Shown one piece after another: positions 24,601 to 32,789 of a DNA stretch of 64,000 nucleotides (position 1 is its first letter; every line of letters starts with the position of its first letter). Origin of the DNA: Gemmatimonadaceae bacterium (GTDB taxonomy: Bacteria; Gemmatimonadota; Gemmatimonadetes; Gemmatimonadales; Gemmatimonadaceae); NCBI GenBank assembly GCA_031414435.1, contig JANNVN010000123.1, forward strand, positions 1,158-65,157, written 5' to 3'. The notes under the pieces were generated by a model, which was given only the letters and a program-made list of their open reading frames with translations, was not told where the DNA came from and made no database searches. The translations under genes and the position numbers were made by a program.

Positions 24601-26207
24601 CAGCGTATTCGCCAGTGGCGGCTTTGAATGCCCTGCGTGCTTCACTGGGTACGCCGGCGTCGGCAGCGGTGCCGCGCGTCTGGTGGACTACGGTGGGTGC
24701 TCATGTCGTGGCAGGCCATGCGTCGTCACTCCACTGCGAACAGGGTGGCGCACTCTGGGGCGCGGCACGGGTGTTGGCGGAGGAGTATCCGCAGTCGTGG
24801 GGAGGACTGATCGATCTCGATCCGGCGTCCGACCCGGAGGGTCGGGCCGCGCAGATCGCCATGCACCTCGTCCTTGGCGGAGACGAAGATCAGGTCGCGT
24901 TCCGTGGCGAGTTGCGCTATGCGCTTCGTCTGGTTCCAGCGTCGGCGCACGTGTCGGCGCCATTCCCTTGGCGTGCCGATGCGGCCTACCTCCTCACGGG
25001 CGCCTTCGGCGGCGTCTCGCTGCAGCTGGCGCACGGCATGGTGCGGGACGGCGTCCGACGCCTGGTGCTGCTCGGCCGCACCGCGATGCCACCGCGTCAC
25101 ACGTGGGCGGCCCTCGATCCGGAATCACGTGATGGCCGGCGCGCGGCGGCAGTCCGAGCACTGGAGCACGCGGGCGCCGCGGTGCATCTCCTTCACGCAG
25201 ACGTTGCGGACGAACGGGCCGTACGTGCGGCGATCGATGCGTACAACGCCGAAGGGTGGCCCTCGATCGATGGTGTCATTCACAATGCGGCGGTACTCGC
25301 CAACCGCCTGTCGCATGAAATGACGCCCGGGGAATTCGAGGAAGTTCTGGCGCCGAAGCTGACCGGGGCGGTGGTGCTCGATCGGGTGTTTCCGAGTCTG
25401 AGCCTGTTCGTGCTCTCGTCGTCGATGAGTGCCTACTGGGCCCCTCCGGGCATGGCGAACTACGCAGCTGCCAACGCCGGCGTCGATGCCCTGGCGGCGG
25501 CGCGACGTGCGCGCGGCCAGCACGCGATCAGTGTGCAGTGGTGTCCGTGGGCCGATGTCGGAATGCACGATGCCGCGAACATGGAGCACAACTTCGGTGA
25601 GATGGCGAAGCTGGGTGTGCGTTCGATCACCGGTGACGAAGGGGTTGGGTTCTTCAATAACCTGATCTCGCGTCCCGACAGCGTCATCAGTGTCTTGCCG
25701 ATCACCTGGTCGACCTACCGGAGTGCGAGGCGCGGGCGTGACCTTCCGCTCTTTCGCGCCATCGCCGACGCCGCACCGCAACCGGATGATGCCGCAACCG
25801 GCAGCGGCGCGCTGCGTCAGCTCCTCGAGGCGAGTACGGTCGATCGCAAGCCGCTGCTCGACTCGCTGGTGCGGAGTGTCGTGGCGGGGGTGTTGCGTCG
25901 GCCTGCAGCACAGCTGGATGAGCGGCAGCCCTTCGGTGCGATGGGCGTCGACTCACTGCTCGCTCTCGAGATCCGGAACCGGCTGGAGAGCGCACTCGAG
26001 CGACCGTTGACTGCGACGCTGGCGTGGAACTTCCCGACGGTACAGTCGCTCGTCGCACACCTCGATGCGCTGCTGGTACCACGAGTCGTTGCAAATGCGA
26101 TCACGCCACCGGTCGAACCGTCGGGCGACCTCGCGCCGTCCGATTTCGCCGGGATTCTGGCGCTGACGGATTCGGATGCGCTGCTCGCGCTGCGGCGCAG
26201 GCGGTAG
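21603..26207 (+). CDS. type I PKS, KS-AT(branched-extender signature)-KR-ACP; no N-terminal docking region
   Basis: ATG 21603 overlaps the TE stop (ATGA). KS: DAACSSG (Cys codon 22152-22154), EAHGTGTRAGDPVE, KTNIGHTEAAAG. AT: RIDVIQP...GHSLGE (Ser codon 23514-23516)...VDVASHS. Linker LPLYPWQRERFW. No HxxxGxxxxP motif, so no DH. KR: LLTGAFGGVS, ANYAAANA, and no LDD motif (HNAAVLANR). ACP: GAMGVDSLLA (Ser codon 25953-25955). Tail ...LTDSDALLALRRRR. Confidence 0.92.
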   Translation: MIGGGSSPERPMPIAIVGIGCRFPGGIVDTETFWRVLADGVDAISEIPADRFDVAKYYDERPGTRGRIMTKWGGFVNQRLEEFDAAFFGISRSYAERLDPQQRLLLETSWEAMEDAGIDIVGLRGTPTGVFVGQWVSDFEHRLFADPSGIDFQMAMGSGRYAAAGRLSYAFGFRGPSLSIDAACSSGLASVHLAVRSLRSGDSEIALAGGVNMILQPHIHLAYSYSRMMAADGRCRFGDARGSGYVRSEGAGIVVLKPLAAAVAAGDRIYAVIRGSAVNSDGDSSGSMGRPSRLGQEELLRSALRDGNVLASQLDYVEAHGTGTRAGDPVELAALGAVLSEGRAANAPRVWVGSVKTNIGHTEAAAGVAGLIKTALMLERGQIPASLHFDEPNREVAWQDIPLAIPTGMMVWPRRDGMRVAGVSSYGIGGTNAHVVLESAPAVVGNSAAHHRVANPIALLPLSARGVPALRAMAARYADLLSNTDGPLLHDVCWSAATRRSALTHRAAFVATDRESMVSALRAFAAGDAATADGVVHEPRRRRIAFVVPGQGAQWVGMARELAAAAPVFRDTLAACDAAARTHTGWSIVEQLHLDVEAAGYRGDRIDVIQPTLVAIAIAYAAWLRSLGIEPDAVVGHSLGEVGAAAISGALDVQTAMRIIVQRSALMQRTSGHGAMAVVELPSQDVTQRLRGREAELCLAVSNSPRSSVISGTPAAVGAMLAELQVEGVFCRLVKVDVASHSPQMNPLATELVDALADIRPSVGSVPIYSTVQAAPLEGTSFDAAYWGRNLTHPVLFGDTVERMLSDGIDAFIELGPHRVLSQAVEQVAASSAHHALAVACGRRESPELAAAFGVIAALWTHGVAIGWARVLGWRGCSVALPLYPWQRERFWAEAAELTETGTVGARRTRLSPQAQRALHVLEWHPLPAAVAPVGDRSARWLVVASTQADGEPVAAALRARGQSATVVHSMQAAGELVREWPVSNVPTGVVVLPPDEVPAAYSPVAALNALRASLGTPASAAVPRVWWTTVGAHVVAGHASSLHCEQGGALWGAARVLAEEYPQSWGGLIDLDPASDPEGRAAQIAMHLVLGGDEDQVAFRGELRYALRLVPASAHVSAPFPWRADAAYLLTGAFGGVSLQLAHGMVRDGVRRLVLLGRTAMPPRHTWAALDPESRDGRRAAAVRALEHAGAAVHLLHADVADERAVRAAIDAYNAEGWPSIDGVIHNAAVLANRLSHEMTPGEFEEVLAPKLTGAVVLDRVFPSLSLFVLSSSMSAYWAPPGMANYAAANAGVDALAAARRARGQHAISVQWCPWADVGMHDAANMEHNFGEMAKLGVRSITGDEGVGFFNNLISRPDSVISVLPITWSTYRSARRGRDLPLFRAIADAAPQPDDAATGSGALRQLLEASTVDRKPLLDSLVRSVVAGVLRRPAAQLDERQPFGAMGVDSLLALEIRNRLESALERPLTATLAWNFPTVQSLVAHLDALLVPRVVANAITPPVEPSGDLAPSDFAGILALTDSDALLALRRRR

Positions 26208-26213
26208 CGCGCA

Positions 26214-29200
26214 ATGACCGTGCCGACTGGAGCGCTGACAGGCGTGTCTGCAGTGAAGCTCGCGCTGATGGCCAAGCAGGCGCGCGAGCAGCTGGGTGCA
26301 ATCGCGCGTGCGGAACCGATTGCGGTCATCGGCATGGGCTGCCGGTTCCCGGGTGGAGCGGATTCACCGGAGGCGTTCTGGGCCCTGCTGCGCGCTGGGG
26401 TCGATGCGGTCGGTCCGATCCCGCGGTCGCGCTGGAGCGTGGAGGACTTTCACGACCCCGATATTGCGGCACCGGGCAAGATCGCCGTCGACTCGGGAGG
26501 CTTCATCGAGGGTGTGGATCAGTTCGACGCGCAGTTCTTTGGCATTATCCGCCGCGAGGCGGAGCGGATGGATCCGCAGCATCGAGTGTTTCTGGAGGTC
26601 GCGGTCGATGCACTCGACCGGGCCGGACTTTCGCGCGAGCACCTTGCCGGGTCGGACACTGGTGTCTTCATCGCCAGCTATCACAGCGACTACTCATTGC
26701 TGCAGTTCGCTGATCGTGACGCGATCGACGCGCGGACGCTGACTGGAACGCAGCACAGCGTGCTGGCCAACCGACTGTCGTATCTGCTGGACCTGCGCGG
26801 GCCGAGTATTTCGATTGACACGGCGTGTTCCTCGTCGCTGGTGGCGATCCATCTGGCGTGCCAAAGCCTGCGCAGCGGCGAGAGCAGCGTCACGCTTGCC
26901 GGCGGCGTGTCATTGATGCTGTCGCCCGAGATGATGATCACGTTGTCGAAAGTCGGCTTCATGTCGCCCAGTGGTCGTTGCCGCACCTTCGATGCGCTGG
27001 CAGACGGCTTCATTCGAGGCGAAGGGTGCGGTGTGGTGGTCCTGAAGCGGCTCAGCGACGCGATTGCGGACGGCGATCGCGTGTTGTCGGTGATCCGGGG
27101 GACCGCAGTGAACCAGGATGGCCATTCCACGGTGCTCGCAGCTCCGAATGGCCTCGCGCAGCAGGCGCTGTTGCGCGAGGCGCTGTCGAACGCGCAGCTG
27201 ACATCCGATCGCGTCGGTTTCGTCGAGACGCATGGCACTGCGACGCCGCTCGGTGATCCGATCGAAGTCGAAGCGCTGGCCGCAACGATTGGCGCGCCGC
27301 GCGCTGATGGCAGTCTCTGCTACCTGGGATCGGCGAAGGCCAACCTCGGGCACATGGAAGCGGCGTCCGGCGTGGCCGGATTGATCAAGGCAACGCTGGT
27401 TCTCCAGCATGGCGAGATTCCGAAGCAGGTGCACTTCACCAAGCTGAATCCGCACCTCTCGCTGGCCGGGACCTGTCTGGCTGTGGCGGATCAGCACCGG
27501 GTCTGGCCGGCCGGCGCACTGCCGCGCGTTGCCGGCGTGAGCGGGTTCGGTGTCGGGGGCACCAATGCGCACGTGCTGTTGGAAGAGGCACCGCAGCAAC
27601 AGGATTCGGCCGTACCGGCACTGCCTGATGTGCAGCTGCTTCCGCTTTCCGCGCAGAGCCACGCGGCTTTGCACGCGCTGGTTGAAAAGTGGATTCCATT
27701 TCTCGAGGTGGAACACGCATCGCTGCCCGATATCTGCGCCACCGCTGGTGAGCGCCGGTCACACTATGACTTTCGTCTTGCGGTCACCGGTGGCACGGCG
27801 GGTGAGCTGGCCGCACAGTTGCGTGCATTCCAGTCTGCAGACGCGTCGTCGACCGTCGAGGGGCATCGTGCCAAGGGAGGCGCGCCCAAGATAGCGTTCG
27901 TGTTCAGCGGTCAGGGGCCGCAGTGGCCCGGAATGGGTCGCGAGTTGATGAATCGCGAGCCGGTATTTCGTGATGCACTGACCGACCTCGATGCGCGCTT
28001 TCGCGCGCTGGCAGGTTGGTCGCTGCTGGCGGCGCTGGATGAAGCGCCGGAGACGTCGCGCCTGATGGAGACCGAACTGGCACAGCCCGCGATCTTCGCG
28101 ATTCAGGTGGCGCTGGCGGCACTGTGGCACGCCTGGGGTGTGCAGCCGGACGTCGTCGTCGGGCACAGCATTGGCGAACTGGCCGCCATGCACGTTGCGG
28201 GCGTGCTGCCGCTGGATGAAGCGGTGCGGATCGTGTTCCATCGCGGACGCATCATGCAGCGCGCCACGGGACATGGGCGGATGGCGGCGGTCAGCCTGAA
28301 CGCCACCGATGCCGCGGCGCTGGTCGCCGAAATCGGTCCGGCGCTGTCTCTGGCGGCGGTGAATGGTCCACACAGTACCGTCATCGCTGGCGCGCCCGAG
28401 GCGCTGCAGCGCGCGGTTGACGTGCTCGCAGGACGCCAGGTGCAGCACCGTGAGCTGCCAGTCTCGTATGCCTTCCACTCGGCGCAGATGGCGCCGTTCG
28501 AAGCTGAGCTGGCGGCGGCCATCGGATCGGTACGGACGCAGCCTGCCCGGGTCGCCCTCTATTCCACTGTGACGGGTGGACGCATTGACCATGGGCAGAT
28601 CGACGCGGCGTATTTCGGGCGGAACGTGCGCACGACGGTGCGTTTTGCGCAGGCGGTTGACGCGATGATCGGTCAGCGGGTGGACGCGTTCGTCGAACTG
28701 TCGCCGCATCCGGTACTGGCGGCGCCGCTGGCGGAGTGTGCCGTTGCGCGCGGGCTCGAGCTGCCGGTTCTGGCGTCGATGCGCCGCGGCCGGAGTGAGC
28801 GCGAGACGATGCTGCAGACGTGCGGTGCGTTGTACATGCTGGGTATCACTCCGCGCTGGGATGTTGTGTCGCCGCTTCGCGACCTGCCGGTGGACCTGCC
28901 ATCGTACCCGTGGCAGCGGCAACGGTACTGGGTCCGCGATTTCGATCGCTACGCCAGTGGCGCGGCGCGTAGCGCTGACGCGTCGCCACTGCTCGGGACA
29001 CGCACAGCGATCGGGGATGATGGCACGCGGGCTTTCGACGCCGTCTGGCCGGCGCTCGCGCTGCGCTGGCTGGCGGATCACCGGATCGCGCAGCAGATCG
29101 TGATGCCTGGCGCTGCGATGGTCGAGATGCTGCGAGCCGCTGCTGTGGCTGCGAGCGACGGACAACGCGTGACAGTGACGGATTTCGTCGTGCACGACCG

Positions 29201-32200
29201 ACTGCTGCTGAGCGAGGGCGTCGAACCGCGGAACGCCTGGCGAAGCGTGGTCCTGCGCGAGGCCGCCGGCCTGCGGCTTGAACTGCACGCCACGGGCGAC
29301 CTGTCGGCAGGGGACGATGCGCCGTCACGATACCTGGCGTCGGCCCGGGCATTTGTCTCAGGCGACGCAGCAGCGCCAGAGCCGATGTCGTCTGCGGTCG
29401 GCGGCCACTGGCACCCCGACACGGATTCGCTCTATGAGCGGTTCGCTGCGATCGGTGTGCCGTTCGGACCGGCGTTTCGGACCATCGATCTGTGGCGCGT
29501 TGGCGATGACGGGGCCGAGGGGTGGCTCGTTCGACGCGTATCGGCGACCGGTGGCGCGTCGACGGATGGGATGCACGCGACGGTGCTCGACGGCGTGTTG
29601 CAGCTGTGCGTCATTGCGATCACGAGTACTGACGGGCGAACACCCGGCGCACTGATGGTCCCGTTGGGAATCGAGTCGTTCACGGTGCTGCAGCCGGTTC
29701 CGGAGCGCGTCCGGGCGGTGGTGCGAATCATCCGGGACGCGGATGCGGACGCCGCCACGGCGCAGGCGCAGGTGTATGGCGCCGATGGACAGCTGGTGGC
29801 GATCGTCACCGGCGTGCGCTTCGCTCCAGTCAGTGCCGACGCGCTGCAGTCATTCATCCGGACCGATGACGACATGTACTCGATCGGCTGGCGCCGCGTG
29901 GCGCCGGCTGCTGCCGCGGATGGGGCGGGGGCGGCCGGACGCTGGATCGTGCTCACGAACGGTGCCGACGTGGGTGTCGAGATTCTGCGGGCAATCCGCG
30001 CCGCCGGTGGGCAGTGTGCAACCGTGCGCACAGGACCGCTGACGGCGGCGGATGGCGACGGCTGGACGGTGCGTGAAGATGACGCCGCGGGATTGCAGCT
30101 GGCGATGCGGGCGCTGACCGCCGCTGGCCTGCCGCCGGTGCGCGGGATCGTTCACCTGTGGAGCTCTGATGCGGCGCCGTCCCAGGGTACCAGTGTCGTC
30201 GACCCCGACTGGTACATCACCGGGTCCGCGCTGAGCATCGTCCAACTGCTCGCGAAGGAGTCCGGTGAGGCGCCGCTCTGGCTGGTGACTGTTGGGGCGC
30301 AGGGCATCGAAGGGGCGGTGTTGCACGCGCGACAGGCCGGGCTCTGGGGCCTCGCAAACGTGATCGCCGTCGAACACGCCGAATTGACGTGCCGCGTTGT
30401 GGATCTCGAACCAGGCGACGCGACAGCGCAGGCAACGTCATTGGTGGGCGAACTGGTACGGACGGACGACTCGCAGGCTCGGATCGCGCTCCGACGTGAC
30501 GAGCGATACGCGCCGGTGTTGACGCGGTATCGCAGTTCCCATCCTCGAGAACGAGCCATCCCGTATGACGCGCGCCTCGTGCCGCCGGAGACGGGAGCGC
30601 TGGATGAGCTTCGCTGGGCTGCAGCGCCGATACAGGCGCCGGGCCCGGGCGAGGTCCGTGTTCGCGTTCACTTCGTCGGCGTGAATTTCCGTGACGTGCT
30701 GCTCTCGCTGGGCGTGTATGCGGGCACCGACGGTGTACTTGGCGCGGAATGTTGTGGTGTCGTCGAGGCGATCGGCGCCGATGTACACGACCTGCGTCTG
30801 GGTGATCGCGTGTTCGGCCTCGCACAGGGTAGTATGGCGTCGAGTGTCGTCGTCCCCGCGGCGTTCGTTGTGCCGCTGCCAGACGGCATACGTCCCGAGC
30901 AGGCGGCGGCGCTGCCAGTGGCATTCCTGACCGGGATGCTCGGGTTGTATCGCATCGCACGGATCGGAAGCGGAACGCGGGTGTTGATTCATGCGGCTGC
31001 CGGGGGCGTCGGTCTGGCCGCGGTGCAACTCGCTCAGCGGTGCGGCGCCGAGGTGCATGCGACGGCCGGGTCGGCGGCGAAACGCGAGTATCTCCGCTCA
31101 TTCGGCGTGCAGCATGTATACGACTCGCGGTCTCTTGCATTCGCGGACGAGGTGCTGGCGGCCACCGATGGTCGTGGTGTGGATGTGGTGCTCAACTCGC
31201 TCGCGGGTGATTTCATTGCTGCGAGTGTGCGTGCACTGGCAACGGATGGATGGCTCCTCGAACTGGGCAAACGGGACGTCTGGTCACCTCAGCAGATGGC
31301 CAGTGCCCGTCCGGATGTCCGGTACCGCGTGTATGATCTCGGTTCGGAGGCGAATGCCGATCAGGCGCTGGTGCGTCCGATGCTCGCTGAGCTGCTTGCC
31401 TGGCTGGCGGACGGATCGCTGCGCCCGCTGCCGACGCGTACATTCGATTTCATCGAGGTGTCGGATGCCTTCCGCTTCATGGCACAGGCACGGCACATCG
31501 GCAAGCTTGTGCTGCGTGCACCGCGGGATACTTCACGCGAGCGTGAGGCCGTGGTCCGAGCCGATGGCACGTACCTCATCACGGGCGGTACCGGCGCTCT
31601 GGGCGTCCGTACGGCCCGCTGGCTTGCGGAGTCTGGCGCGCGATGCGTTGTGCTGACGGGTCGACGTGCGCCGGCCGCCGACGCGGCGGTGGCGATCGGG
31701 GCGATTCGCGCTATCGGTGTCGAGGTGCACGTGCGTGCCGTCGATGCCGGCGATATCGACGCGATGACGGCGCTGCTGCACGAGATCGCCGCCGACATGC
31801 CACCGCTGCGCGGTGTGGTGCACGCCGCTGGCACGACGGATGACGGCGTCTTGCTGCAGTACACTCCGGAACGCGCGCGCGGCGTACTTCGCGGGAAGGC
31901 GCACGGTGCACGGGTGCTCGATCAGCTGACGCAATTCGTTCCGCTCGACTTCTTTGTGATGTACTCCTCCGTTGGCCTGCACCTGGGGCCGATCGGTCAG
32001 GGCCTGTATGCCGCAGCGAATGCCGAACTGGACGCGTTGGCGTCGTCGCGCAGGGGCCGTGGACTGCCGGCGCTGAGCGTTGCCTGGGGGCAGTGGCCCG
32101 ATGCCGGCATGGCCGCGGCGCTGACCTCGCGCGGCACGGACGTGTGGAGCACACGTGGGCTGGGCTGGATCGAGCCGTCGCGTGCATTCGTCCAGCTCGA

Positions 32201-32789
32201 GCGTCTCCTGCGCGACGGCGCGACGTACGCCGCGATCGCGCCGATGGACTGGCGAAAGTTCCTCGCGCGACTCCCCTCAGGCCTCGATCGCGACTTCTTT
32301 CGCGCTGTGGCTTCAGTCTCGCCGCAATCGGGCCCGACGATGGTCGGCAGCGCGACGGCTGCGACTGCGGTGTCGCTGGTCGAGCGATGGCGTGCCGCGC
32401 CGTCATCGGCGTGGAACGATCTCGTGCTCACGCACGTCGCGCAGAGTGCACGGCATGTGCTGGGAGTTGATGACATATTTCCGATCGCGACGAACGTGGC
32501 GCTGAAGGATGTCGGCCTCGATTCACTGATGGCGGTCGAGTTGCGCAACGTGCTGACCCGTTCACTGCAAACGTCGCTGCCGGCGACGCTGCTCTTCGAC
32601 TACCCGTCGCTCACTGCCGTGGCTGGCTACCTGCAGCGCACGTTCAACCTGCGGTCCGAAGGCGCGTCGTCTGCGCCTGCGGCCTGGGCAACGGTTGCTG
32701 ACGCCGCCATCGCAGCACTCTCCGATGACGAGGCTGAAGCGTTGCTGATGGAAGAGCTCAACGCGTTGGACGCCGAGGGCCGTCGATGA
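26214..32789 (+). CDS. type I PKS, Ndock-KS-AT(malonyl-type)-DH-ER-KR-ACP (fully reducing)
   Basis: N-terminal helix SAVKLALMAKQAREQL. KS: DTACSSS (Cys 26826-26828). AT: GHSIGE (Ser 28167-28169), YAFHS. DH: LLGTR...HRIAQQIVMPGA (His 29079-29081), FGPAF, LDGVLQ. ER: VGVNFRDVL, LIHAAAGGVGLAAVQLAQ. KR: ITGGTGALG, HAAGTTDDG. ACP: VGLDSLMA (Ser 32523-32525). Tail LSDDEAEALLMEELNALD. Confidence 0.93.
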   Translation: MTVPTGALTGVSAVKLALMAKQAREQLGAIARAEPIAVIGMGCRFPGGADSPEAFWALLRAGVDAVGPIPRSRWSVEDFHDPDIAAPGKIAVDSGGFIEGVDQFDAQFFGIIRREAERMDPQHRVFLEVAVDALDRAGLSREHLAGSDTGVFIASYHSDYSLLQFADRDAIDARTLTGTQHSVLANRLSYLLDLRGPSISIDTACSSSLVAIHLACQSLRSGESSVTLAGGVSLMLSPEMMITLSKVGFMSPSGRCRTFDALADGFIRGEGCGVVVLKRLSDAIADGDRVLSVIRGTAVNQDGHSTVLAAPNGLAQQALLREALSNAQLTSDRVGFVETHGTATPLGDPIEVEALAATIGAPRADGSLCYLGSAKANLGHMEAASGVAGLIKATLVLQHGEIPKQVHFTKLNPHLSLAGTCLAVADQHRVWPAGALPRVAGVSGFGVGGTNAHVLLEEAPQQQDSAVPALPDVQLLPLSAQSHAALHALVEKWIPFLEVEHASLPDICATAGERRSHYDFRLAVTGGTAGELAAQLRAFQSADASSTVEGHRAKGGAPKIAFVFSGQGPQWPGMGRELMNREPVFRDALTDLDARFRALAGWSLLAALDEAPETSRLMETELAQPAIFAIQVALAALWHAWGVQPDVVVGHSIGELAAMHVAGVLPLDEAVRIVFHRGRIMQRATGHGRMAAVSLNATDAAALVAEIGPALSLAAVNGPHSTVIAGAPEALQRAVDVLAGRQVQHRELPVSYAFHSAQMAPFEAELAAAIGSVRTQPARVALYSTVTGGRIDHGQIDAAYFGRNVRTTVRFAQAVDAMIGQRVDAFVELSPHPVLAAPLAECAVARGLELPVLASMRRGRSERETMLQTCGALYMLGITPRWDVVSPLRDLPVDLPSYPWQRQRYWVRDFDRYASGAARSADASPLLGTRTAIGDDGTRAFDAVWPALALRWLADHRIAQQIVMPGAAMVEMLRAAAVAASDGQRVTVTDFVVHDRLLLSEGVEPRNAWRSVVLREAAGLRLELHATGDLSAGDDAPSRYLASARAFVSGDAAAPEPMSSAVGGHWHPDTDSLYERFAAIGVPFGPAFRTIDLWRVGDDGAEGWLVRRVSATGGASTDGMHATVLDGVLQLCVIAITSTDGRTPGALMVPLGIESFTVLQPVPERVRAVVRIIRDADADAATAQAQVYGADGQLVAIVTGVRFAPVSADALQSFIRTDDDMYSIGWRRVAPAAAADGAGAAGRWIVLTNGADVGVEILRAIRAAGGQCATVRTGPLTAADGDGWTVREDDAAGLQLAMRALTAAGLPPVRGIVHLWSSDAAPSQGTSVVDPDWYITGSALSIVQLLAKESGEAPLWLVTVGAQGIEGAVLHARQAGLWGLANVIAVEHAELTCRVVDLEPGDATAQATSLVGELVRTDDSQARIALRRDERYAPVLTRYRSSHPRERAIPYDARLVPPETGALDELRWAAAPIQAPGPGEVRVRVHFVGVNFRDVLLSLGVYAGTDGVLGAECCGVVEAIGADVHDLRLGDRVFGLAQGSMASSVVVPAAFVVPLPDGIRPEQAAALPVAFLTGMLGLYRIARIGSGTRVLIHAAAGGVGLAAVQLAQRCGAEVHATAGSAAKREYLRSFGVQHVYDSRSLAFADEVLAATDGRGVDVVLNSLAGDFIAASVRALATDGWLLELGKRDVWSPQQMASARPDVRYRVYDLGSEANADQALVRPMLAELLAWLADGSLRPLPTRTFDFIEVSDAFRFMAQARHIGKLVLRAPRDTSREREAVVRADGTYLITGGTGALGVRTARWLAESGARCVVLTGRRAPAADAAVAIGAIRAIGVEVHVRAVDAGDIDAMTALLHEIAADMPPLRGVVHAAGTTDDGVLLQYTPERARGVLRGKAHGARVLDQLTQFVPLDFFVMYSSVGLHLGPIGQGLYAAANAELDALASSRRGRGLPALSVAWGQWPDAGMAAALTSRGTDVWSTRGLGWIEPSRAFVQLERLLRDGATYAAIAPMDWRKFLARLPSGLDRDFFRAVASVSPQSGPTMVGSATAATAVSLVERWRAAPSSAWNDLVLTHVAQSARHVLGVDDIFPIATNVALKDVGLDSLMAVELRNVLTRSLQTSLPATLLFDYPSLTAVAGYLQRTFNLRSEGASSAPAAWATVADAAIAALSDDEAEALLMEELNALDAEGRR

